Assembly: GCA_963708295.1 (NCBI GenBank)
Contig: CAVPSJ010000004.1
Location: forward strand, 1,088,001-1,152,000
DNA: 64,000 nt
Origin: an uncultured delta proteobacterium
GTDB taxonomy: Bacteria > Desulfobacterota > BSN033 > UBA1163
Direction: 5' to 3'
This document shows, one piece after another, positions 1 through 9,700 of the stretch. The notes below the pieces were generated by a model. That model was not told the DNA's origin and did no database searches. It saw nothing but the letters and a program-made list of their open reading frames with translations. Positions within the stretch are counted from its first letter, which is position 1. Every line of letters starts with the position of its first letter. Both the position numbers and the translations under genes were made by a program.

Positions 1-19
1 GGAAGCCATCCATCAATCC

Positions 20-1339
20 ATGGATACCTTTTCAAGTGAAGCTCCGTCGAAGTACCACCTCAACCGAAACAGGATACAAATGGGTTTGGTTTGTACTCAC
101 CTCAAGGAGTTCAGAAGGGCCGAGGAGGAGCTCAGTGAAGCCTTACAATATTTCTCATCGATCTCAAGTTACATTTCTTTGGCAGAGATCCATTTCGCGA
201 TCGCTTTCCTTCAGCAGGATCAAGGCATGAGTGATGATGCGATCTCGCACCTGCAAACTGGGTTTAAAATTGCAAGAGAGAGAAAATATGAATATTTCTA
301 TACTCTTGGGGCGAACTATCTTGTCAAGGCATGCATATTGGTCTTGAAGCTGGAGGTTTCAGAAGCCCTCGATTATGCAGCGCATCTCCTTTCGACGCGC
401 CTCTCTTCGCTGGCAGAGGAAGATCTCAAGAAGCTAGCGGATCATCCGGATTGCAAAGTGAGGGAGAAGGCATGGGAGATCCGCAGGAAGATTTATCGTT
501 CGAAGGCTCTTCCTCTTCGAATTGAGACCCTCGGAGCTTTCCGGATATTTCGCGGAAATTCCCTGATGGAGGAAGACGAGTGGGACCGGAGCCAACCTAA
601 AAAATTGTTGAAAACCATCCTCTCATACGGAGGCGAGAGGATTCCAAAGGAGATTATCATTGACGAACTCTGGCCGGAGGAAAGTCCGAGGGTAGCAGAA
701 AGGAACTTTAAAACGACTCTTCAACGTTTGCGAAAGTCTCTCGAACCTTTCATTGATAAGGACTTCGGCTCCTCCTACATTCACCTCCACGACAACATTG
801 TCTCTCTCAACTCCGAACTCTGCCACGTGGATGCCAATCGGTTCTCATCGCTCCTTAGAATGGCCGAGGAGAAGCAAAAAAGAGGAGATGGTAAGGAGGC
901 GTTTCCTCTCTACGCGGAAGCCCTGGAGATTTACAAAGGAGATTTCCTTCCAGAGGAAATTTATGCACCCTGGCCGGACAAGAAAAGAGAGGAACTAAAG
1001 GCAAAGTATATGGAATTGCTGAACAAGACGGCAAAGCTCCATGAGAAACAGGGTTCATTGAAAAAGGCAATGGATTGTTATAAGAAGGTTATTCAAGTAG
1101 ACCCTCTCATCGAGGAGTCGTATCAGAAACTGATGACCTTCTATTCGAACAAAGGCATGTACAATGAAGCTTTGAGGATCTATGAAGACTGCAAGAAGGC
1201 CCTCAAGAAAGAGCTTAAAACCGAGCCCGATCTGACGACCACTGCGATTTACAGAAAGGTCCTCGAGAAAGTCAAGGCCCCTCGAACTCCTCCCAAAAAG
1301 GCTCTCGGAGGTAGGAAGGAACTTGGAAGTAAGAGATGA
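20..1339 (+). CDS. C-terminal part of a large TPR + OmpR-type winged-helix + BTAD transcriptional activator (SARP/MalT-like), probably 5'-truncated by the window
   Basis: TPR-like helices, then LRIETLGAFRI...IIDELWPE...NFKTTLQRLRKSLEP (wHTH), then ALEIYKGDFL...DPLIEESYQKLM...LKTEP (BTAD). Confidence 0.85.
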   Translation: MDTFSSEAPSKYHLNRNRIQMGLVCTHLKEFRRAEEELSEALQYFSSISSYISLAEIHFAIAFLQQDQGMSDDAISHLQTGFKIARERKYEYFYTLGANYLVKACILVLKLEVSEALDYAAHLLSTRLSSLAEEDLKKLADHPDCKVREKAWEIRRKIYRSKALPLRIETLGAFRIFRGNSLMEEDEWDRSQPKKLLKTILSYGGERIPKEIIIDELWPEESPRVAERNFKTTLQRLRKSLEPFIDKDFGSSYIHLHDNIVSLNSELCHVDANRFSSLLRMAEEKQKRGDGKEAFPLYAEALEIYKGDFLPEEIYAPWPDKKREELKAKYMELLNKTAKLHEKQGSLKKAMDCYKKVIQVDPLIEESYQKLMTFYSNKGMYNEALRIYEDCKKALKKELKTEPDLTTTAIYRKVLEKVKAPRTPPKKALGGRKELGSKR

Positions 1340-1374
1340 AGAGATAGTATCCAAGATTTAAAATCAGGATAGAT

Positions 1375-1403
1375 TTGACAAACTGAAGGAAAAATTCTAA
1401 AAT
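1375..1403 (+). promoter_or_regulatory. sigma70 promoter of the AbrB/PIN TA operon
   Basis: TTGACA-17 bp-TAAAAT just upstream of the antitoxin. Confidence 0.7.
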
Positions 1404-1420
1404 TTCAGAAAAAAGAACAT

Positions 1421-1687
1421 TTGGAGGATAAAATGCCAATTGCAATCATAACGTCAAAAGGTCAGATGACCATTCCTAAGGAAGTGAGAAAGATTTTAAA
1501 CCTGAAACCCTCTGAGAAGGTTGTTATCGTTGTGGAAGGCGATCAGGCTATTATCAAACCGCTGAGAGGTAGCATTCTCGACATCGGTGGTTCGATAGGA
1601 ATTCCGGATAAAGAAAAACCCATCGATTTTCGAAAGGTGAGGGGTGAGGTCAGAAAGCGAGCGACCAGGAAAATAGGAAAAGGGTGA
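1421..1687 (+). CDS. AbrB/MazE/SpoVT-family antitoxin
   Basis: ITSKGQMTIPKEVRKILNLKP motif; directly upstream of a PIN gene. Confidence 0.9.
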   Translation: MEDKMPIAIITSKGQMTIPKEVRKILNLKPSEKVVIVVEGDQAIIKPLRGSILDIGGSIGIPDKEKPIDFRKVRGEVRKRATRKIGKG

Positions 1688-1694
1688 TGATCCC

Positions 1695-2102
1695 ATGGAA
1701 AGAGAATTTGTGGATACAAACGTATTTTTGAGGTATTTAACCGGAGATGATCCTTCGAAATATGAGGATTGTAAAGCACTCTTCAAAAAAGCGATCGAAG
1801 GTAAAATAGCCCTTGCAACCTCCGGACTCGTCGTCGCTGAGCTGATATGGACCCTTTTATCGTATTATAAAATACCAAAAGCGGAGGTTGTCGAAAAGAT
1901 TTCCATTATTGTAGGGACCGATAAACTGTATATCCCCGACAAAGAAATGATTGCAGATGCTCTCGTCCTTTACGCCAGGAAGAACATTGATTATATAGAC
2001 GCTTTCAACGCGGTCCTGATGAGATATAACGGTTTGAATGAGATTTATTCCTACGATGAAGATTTTGACACGATTGAAGGAATAAAGAGGAAAGAGCCGT
2101 AG
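1695..2102 (+). CDS. vapC: PIN-domain (VapC) toxin
   Basis: FVDTNVFLRYL...IDYIDA...IYSYDEDFD acidic PIN residues. Confidence 0.9.
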   Translation: MEREFVDTNVFLRYLTGDDPSKYEDCKALFKKAIEGKIALATSGLVVAELIWTLLSYYKIPKAEVVEKISIIVGTDKLYIPDKEMIADALVLYARKNIDYIDAFNAVLMRYNGLNEIYSYDEDFDTIEGIKRKEP

Positions 2103-2199
2103 TTAGGACTTCGCCTTTAAGCGATGAATTCATATATTGGCGAGAGAGAGCCCAAATATAAGACCCCAGAAACGAATTGTTTCGGCCCGCCTCATCCGC

Positions 2200-2597
2200 G
2201 TCTAAGCTAGCTTTTTATATCTCTTCGTTGTGACCCGATCAAACAAATCCAGCACGGGTCTGAAATCGAGATACCGATTTATAACTCGGTTTTCATAATC
2301 GGCAGTAAATTTAGGGTCGTCTTTAAAAATGATCTTTCCGTCCTTGATGGCAAAATACTAGAGAGAAAGAGAAGCTTTGTGCAAAAACACAATATCCACC
2401 CTCGAAGGAGGATAAATTGCTGAAAATAACTCATACAGGACTTTATATGAAGATCTGGTATCCTCGATAGGTTCTCTTAATACCACTCCGATGTCAACAT
2501 CACTGGTGTGCGACTCCCTCCCAGTTGCTCTTGAACCAAAAAGGTACACGACGGAAACCCCTATTTTCTTAAGTTCTGCCTTGAATTCCTTTTTCAT
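2200..2597 (-). pseudogene. MNT-family nucleotidyltransferase with in-frame TAG at 2358-2360; 3' end approximate
   Basis: YLFGSRATG...SDVDIGV...VDIVFL motif; same frame continues after TAG as YFAIKDGKIIFKDD...RYLDFRPVLD, a plausible MNT C-terminus. Confidence 0.75.
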
Positions 2598-3091
2598 ATG
2601 GCACCTTCATCTCGAACCCTGCAAACCATTAACATTTTGAGTAATTATACATCCTTTGTTGAACAATTCAAATAAAATTCTCCTCATAGTCGCACTCCCT
2701 CCGAATCATGAGAGCCACATTCTATAGAAGCAGCACAGGGGTGTTATTCCCAAGGAACCCCTCATCCTTACCCTTGGGGGGAGGTGTGAGAAAATCGTAC
2801 TGTATTCGTCTCCCTGGTGAAAACCGAGGCCCAGAATACCTTTAACCCACTGCAAACAAAGGATTTCGGCTGGAATTCACCCCGTTATAGAACTGGGCCG
2901 GAATGACGTAAAACAGCACCAAACCATTTTTTCTACAGCTGCGGAGGGTTGGATGAGGGGGGTAAAAAGATTTGTCGCGTTTGCATTGATTTCAAAAAAA
3001 TCTGAATTCTCTCTGGTCAGTTATCGCCCGCCAAGAATCTACGTTTCCTATTAAGAGCTTAGAATCCTGTTGCCGATTTTTTTCACTTGAG

Positions 3092-3124
3092 TTTGGTTAC
3101 CTTTTGGTTACCTACCTGTGATAT
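3092..3124 (+). promoter_or_regulatory. Perfect tandem 11-bp direct repeat (TTTGGTTACCT x2) followed by a -10-like TGATAT; candidate SARP/OmpR-type activator site
   Basis: 3092-3102 and 3103-3113 are identical; 11-bp periodicity fits winged-helix SARP binding; a BTAD regulator lies upstream. Confidence 0.6.
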
Positions 3125-3218
3125 ACGTGAAGTCGATTCTTACAACTCACTTAATGATTGATAACTGGTAACCAACCACCGAATTAACTGGGGGGACCAA
3201 TGGGGGTGGGACTTCCAC

Positions 3219-3256
3219 AAGCCTGGCATTCAAAATGTCAATGCCAGGCTTTTTTT
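3219..3256 (+). terminator. Intrinsic terminator in the leader of the surface-protein locus
   Basis: AAGCCTGGCATT-9 nt-AATGCCAGGCTT followed by a T run. Confidence 0.8.
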
Positions 3257-3321
3257 ACTTTATTTTTTTTCTTTATCTTTGGCAATTCTAAAAAGAAGAG
3301 GATACTGGGTAGAGAATTTTT

Positions 3322-3358
3322 CCAACACTCCAGTACTCCATTATTCCAATACTCCATT
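3322..3358. repeat. Degenerate 8-bp tandem repeat
   Basis: ccaacact ccagtact ccattatt ccaatact ccatt. Confidence 0.7.
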
Positions 3359-3372
3359 AGAGGCGAGGCCAC

Positions 3373-3582
3373 ATGGATAGCTACTTAGTTCGCATCTACC
3401 GCAAAGCGGATGATAATCCACGTGTGCTTGTCGGAGTGGTTGAAGAGGTTGGAGTGATGGAGAAAAAGGCGTTCCACAACCTCTACGAACTGTGGGACAT
3501 CTTGAATCCAGCAAGAAAAGAGCGGATGGTCTCGAAGAGAAGTAGCAACTCAAAACGCAACCGAAATACGAAGCAGAGTTAA
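3373..3582 (+). CDS. Small uncharacterised protein (SYLVRIYR...LVGVVEEVG...F..L.ELW.IL)
   Basis: GAGG upstream; compact beta-beta-alpha-like sequence; sits between terminated leader and giant gene. Confidence 0.7.
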   Translation: MDSYLVRIYRKADDNPRVLVGVVEEVGVMEKKAFHNLYELWDILNPARKERMVSKRSSNSKRNRNTKQS

Positions 3583-3600
3583 GGTTATGAACAAATAATT

Positions 3601-3640
3601 CTCCCTCTCCCTTGATGGGAGAGGGTGGGGGTGAGGGTGA
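3601..3640. repeat. REP-like palindrome
   Basis: CCCTCTCCC-ttgat-GGGAGAGGG followed by tgggggtgagggtg. Confidence 0.65.
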
Positions 3641-3730
3641 AAGAAACACTGACACAGACATTTATTTTAAACGCTATGCGCCATGCTCTATGCGCTATAC
3701 GTCTTTTCCGAGAGACGGGAGGATTCCAAA

Positions 3731-6700
3731 ATGGGAAAGATAAAAAATAATTCCCAGGGCCGCCAAAGAAATCCAATCAGAACCTTCCAGGCTATTCTAA
3801 TCAGTCTGGTTCTGGTCGCCTTTGACAGGTACTCTCGCCTTCGCTGACATAACGCCAGGTACGGGCCTCGATAAGCAGGATAATAAAATCCTGCTGGAAA
3901 AGGCATTCAAAATACAGATGCCTTTCATCGAAAATCAAGGGCAGATAGCGGATGAGCAAGTCCGGTTCTATGCAAAGACCTTTGGGGGGGCAATCTATGT
4001 GACAAAAGAAGGAGAGATGGTCTACTCCTTTATTAAATCTGAATCGAATCACAATCCGAAAAAGAGACGCATAGAAACGAAACCAGATTCTGAAACCACT
4101 CAGATTATCACATTCAAAGAAAAACTTGTTGGTGCTTCAACCCGTTCTCCGGAGGGCTCTGAAAAAGGGGAAACAAAAGTTAATTACTTTGTTGGTAATG
4201 ACCCAAACAAGTGGAAAACAAATTTGAGCACGTACGAAGTTGTGAGCCTTGGAGAGGTTTATCAGGGGATCGATTTACGATTAAAGGCGTACGGGAAAAA
4301 TGTCGAGAAAATTTTTGCGGTCAAACCAGGTGCTGACCCTGGAGCTATAAAGTTAAAGATTGATAGGGGCGCCGCCCTAGAGATTAATGAAAATGGAGAA
4401 CTTGAAGTTGACACCGGTCTCGGGGTAGTGAGTTTTGCTAAGCCTTTGGCCTACCAGGAAATCAATGGCAAGCGCCAAGAAGTTAAGGTAGCTTATCTCC
4501 TTAAAAACTCTGAACTCCGAACTCCGAACCCCGAACTGGCATATGGCTTCGAAGTTCTTGAATACGACAAATCCGTTCCCCTTATTATCGACCCTGTTTT
4601 GGCCTACTCCACATACCTCGGAGGAAGCGGCGGTGATTCCGGTTACGGGATTGCAGTTGATGGTTCCGGAAATATTTACATTACTGGGACTACCGCCTCT
4701 ACCAACTTCCGGACAGTAGGTCCTATCCAGGCTAGCAATGCAGGGAGTATTGACGTCTTTGTGACAAAGATCAATGCCCCTGGCAATGCTCTCGTTTACT
4801 CCACATACCTCGGAGGAGGTGGCGATGATTATGGGGATAGGATTGCAGTTGATGGTTCCGGAAATGTTTACCTCACCGGCTATACCACATCCACCGACTT
4901 CCCCACAGTAAGTGCTTCTCAGCCTACCTATAGAGGAGGGACTTTTGACGCCTTTGTGACAAAGATCAATGCATCCGGCAATGCCCTGGTTTACTCCACA
5001 TACCTCGGAGGAAGTGGCGCAGACAGTGGCAATGCGATTGCAGTTGATGGATCCGGAAATGTTTACCTCACCGGAACAACCTCCTCCATCAACTTCCCCA
5101 CATCAGAGTATCCTGTCCAGAATTTGAATGCAGGGGGTTCTGACGCCTTTGTGTCGAAGATCGATGCATCCGGTACTCTGGTTTACTCCACCTACCTCGG
5201 AGGAAATGGCGATGATTATGGCTTTGGGATTGCAGCAGATACTTTCCGAAATATTTACGTTACTGGGAGAACCAAATCCACCGATTTTCCTGGACCAAAA
5301 ACTATCCAGTCTACCCCCTTTCCCTCAGTTGGTGGGGGGTATTGGGATGCCTTTGTGGCAAAGATCGATGCCTCCGGTACCTTCCCTTACTTAACCCTGG
5401 TTTACTCTACATACCTGGGAGGAGATTACGGTGAAGATGGCTATGCGATTGCAGTAGATAGTTCCCAAAATGTCTACATCACAGGGACTACTCATTCTAC
5501 GAACTTTCCCACAGTAAATTCTATACAGGCTAGCAATGCAGGGGCTTCTGATTGCTTTGTCACAAAGATAAACCCCGCTGGTAGTACCTTTGTATACTCG
5601 ACTTACCTCGGAGGAAATTTCGATGACGTATGTGAGGGGATTGCAGTGGATGGTTCTGGAAATGTTTACATCACAGGCTCTACCATCTCTGCCAACTTCC
5701 CTACATCAAATCCTATCCAGATTAACAATGCAGGGTTAGTTGACGTCTTTGTAACAAAAATAAATCCAGCTGGTAGTGCTCTTGTGTACTCGACTTACCT
5801 TGGAGGTAGTGGAGAAGATCAAAGCCGAGGGATTGCAGTTGATGGTTCGGGAAATGTTTACCTCGCTGGCTCAACCTCCTCCACCAACTTCCCCATATCA
5901 AGTAGTCCTATCCAGGGTTCCAATGCGGGGGGTACTGACGTCTTTGTGGCAAAAATTGGTGATCGTTTGCTAACTGTTACAAAGTCTGGCACAGGAACAG
6001 GTACGGTAACGAGCTCCCTTTTTGGCATAAATTGCGGTCCCGTATGCACCAACGCGCAGAGCTCTTTCGGTGATGGGGACGTAGTTACCCTGACTGCCGC
6101 GCCAGCCGCAGGTTCTTATTTTGGAGGCTGGTCAGGGGATTGTGTAAGCCAGGCTTTGACCTGCAAAGTAACCATGGATGCAGCAAAAAACGTAACCGCC
6201 ACGTTTACTACGACTCCACCACCGGTTACTACATGGGCAAAAACTTACGGCGCTGGCGGAGATGATTATGCCAACTCAATCCAGCAGACCTCAGATGGTG
6301 GGTATATTGTGGCAGGTGCCAGTTATCCTGGCGCTTCAGGGTACTCTTACGGTGATCTCTGGGTATTAAAACTCAGGATTGATGGCACTGTGGATTGGCA
6401 AAAAACTTATGGTGGCTCAGACGTTGATTTCGGTGGTTTGATTCAGCAGACCGCAGATGGTGGGTATATTGTGGCAGGTACTACATATTCTTTCGGTGCA
6501 GGAAACGGCGATCTCTGGGTATTGAAACTTTTCAGTGACGGCACCGAAGACTGGCAAAAAGCTTATGGCGGGTCAGGCAATGATTCTGCCTCCTCAATCC
6601 AGCAGACATCAGATGGTGGATATATTGTGACGGGTACCACATATTCTTTCGGTGCAGGAAACGGCGATCTCTGGGTATTAAAACTTAAGAGTGATGGCAC

Positions 6701-9700
6701 TGTGGATTGGGAAAAAACTTATGCTGGCTATTATAACCGTGACTCGGCTTCTTCCGTTCAGCAGACCTCAGATGGTGGGTATATTGTGGCAGGGTCTAGC
6801 GAAATTATTGGTACAGGATTCGATATCTGGGTTCTGAAACTTAACGGTGAGGGTGCTGTGGATTGGCAAAAAACTTATGGTGGATCAGCCGATGACTATG
6901 CCTCCTCGATCCAGCAGACTTCAGATGGTGGATATATTCTGGCAGGATATACTGTTACGATTCAGGATGAAACTGCTTTAGTTATGAAGCTTGATAGTGG
7001 AGGGAACGTTCTCTGGGGGAAAACTTATGATGGCCCAGGCGATGAATATGCTTCTTCCGTTCAGCAGACCGCAGATGGTGGGTATATTGTGACAGGTACC
7101 ATTTATCCTGGTTCTCATGGGAACACTCTCGGTGATCTCTGGGTATTAAAAATGAGGAATGATGGCACTGTAGATTGGCAAAAAACTTATGGCGGGTCAG
7201 GCAATGATTCTGCCTCCTCAATCCAGCAGACCTCAGATGGTGGATATATTGTGGCAGGTGGTACCAAATCCTTCGGTGCCGGCATGTATGATTTCTGGGT
7301 ACTGAAACTTGATTCAAATGGAAATATCTCCGGCTGTCCAGGAGGAGTAATAGGGGCATCTTCAGCCGCAGAGGGAAGCCCGACCATAACGGTGACGTCA
7401 CCTACTCTGACTATTGGGAATTCCTCTGCATCAATATATGACGTTGGTATTACCAATGCGACAACGACCGTAACTGCCGTGGAAGTGTGCACAGGGATAC
7501 CTTGTTCCTTTTCAATTTCACCCACCAGTGATTACTATCCATCTGGAGGAGGAAATGGATCTGTCAATGTAATAGCGCCCATTGGGTGTAGCTGGTCAGC
7601 GTATAGCAATGACTCGTGGATCATCCGTACCTCATTGCCCGATGGTTCTGGAAACGGAACAGTAAGTTACTTGGTTGCGATAAACTCCCCCCCTCCTGGT
7701 CCCCTTCGAACCGGGACAATGACCATTGCCGGTCACACGTTTACAGTATATCAAGACGCTTTCGACGACCCAGATAGTGATCATGACGGCCTTTCAGATG
7801 CCTGGGAGATGGCCTACTTCGGAAATCTAAACCAGGGAGCTTCGGGCGATCCGGATGGCGATGGTTACAGTAACGCAAGAGAGTTTGCTCTCGGAACCGA
7901 GCCCAATAATCCCTCATCTTATCCAACTTCATATGTCCCGGATGCTGAGCGCAATGCGCTCATCGACCTTTACAACAGCACCAATGGAGACGGTTGGACC
8001 AATCAAACCAACTGGCTCAGTATGACAGTAAGCGAGTGTGTCTGGTATGGGGTGTCTTGTACCGGTAATCATGTCGTGCAACTTGATCTGACGGATGCAA
8101 ATACCCTTATCGGGACGATTCCATTGTCGATCGGTAACCTGACGAACCTTGAGCTTCTCGCCCTTGACAACAACCAGCTAGCGGGGAGCATTCCCGCCCA
8201 GCTTGGAAGCCTGGCGAACCTTCAGTATCTCGCTCTTGGCAACAACCAGCTGACGGGGAGTATTCCGGATCAGCTTGGAAGCCTGACGAGCCTCCGGGAA
8301 TTATATCTGGGTGAAAACCAGCTTACGGGAAGCATCCCAGCCTCACTTGGCAACCTGACGAGCCTCTATTATTTAAATCTACAAAACAACCAGCTTGCGG
8401 GAAACATCCCAACCTCACTTGGCAACCTGACGAGCCTATATATATTAAATCTACAAAACAACCAGCTTACGGGGAGCATTCCACCTCAGTTTGGGAACCT
8501 GACGTACCTCCAGCGTTTACTTTTATACAACAACCAGCTTACGGGGAACATTCCATCAGGGCTTGGGAACCTGGTGAACCTCGAGGAATTATATTTATAC
8601 AACAACCAGCTTACGGGGAACATTCCACCAGAGCTTGGGAACCTGTGGAACTTCCTGTATCTATTAATTCTGGACAACAACCAGCTTACGGGGAGTATTC
8701 CGAGCGAACTTGGTAACCTGACAAACCTACAGTATCTATCATTGGTCAGCAACAAGCTCACGGGTGCAATACCAGCCTCTCTTACAAAACTAACTGGTTT
8801 GGTTGATAATAATAGTGATCTTCGCTGGAATGCCCTCTACACGACGGATAGTACTTTACGTACCTTCCTCAACCAGAAGCAGTACGGTGGCAACTGGGAA
8901 AGCACCCAGACTGTGGCACCAACCAACCTAACTGCTACAGTGCTTTCGAGCACTTCGGTGCAGTTGACTTGGATTCCAATCGCTTATATGGGAGACTCAG
9001 GCGGATATGAGATCTGGAAGGGGACACCTGGGCCTGGAGGAACAGTTTGGAGTCTTGAGTACACCACACCGAACAAAAGCACCAATGCTTACACAGTAGG
9101 TGGCCTTACACCCGGTATACTCTATGATTTCAAACTTCGCACAGTGACCAACTCTCATCCCAACAACCAGAACACCGTCTATAGTGAATACTCACTCCCC
9201 ACCTCAGGGGACGAGTTTACAGGGGATTTGATTGACCGAACCGTTTGGGTGGATCTGGAGGTTTTCAGACGAGTCAACAATGGAGTTCTCGAATCGGAAC
9301 TCAGGCGCCATGGGTCAAACGCTTCCAATTATTTGCATTTTTACGATCCAGATACAATCAATTCCTTCCAGGCGGACGTGATTGTAAAAGCCTATGAGAA
9401 TAATGGCAGTTATCCTCACGCAAGTCTTTTGAGTTATACCTATAACGATGGGTCCCCAGGAGACGGAGCGACAGGAGATGTAGTAGGGGTTGTTGGAATT
9501 GGACATAATGGAACCGAACTCGAAGGTTTCTATAGTATTTCGAGATGCATTGCGCCTAACTGCAATCTCCCAAACGAGATACAACCCATTTGTTCAGGAA
9601 GGATAGGACTTGCTGCATTGAACACAACTTATCCGTTGTCTTTTGCCTGGAATGATCTAACATCTACTTTCACCTTCACCTTTGGGGCCGGCGCACCTGT

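Noticed and set aside
4600-8760. Regularly spaced DNA repeats resembling a CRISPR array or DGR template/variable repeats
   Set aside because: They are in-frame protein repeats (propeller blades, LRRs); no identical repeat-spacer structure, cas gene or reverse transcriptase
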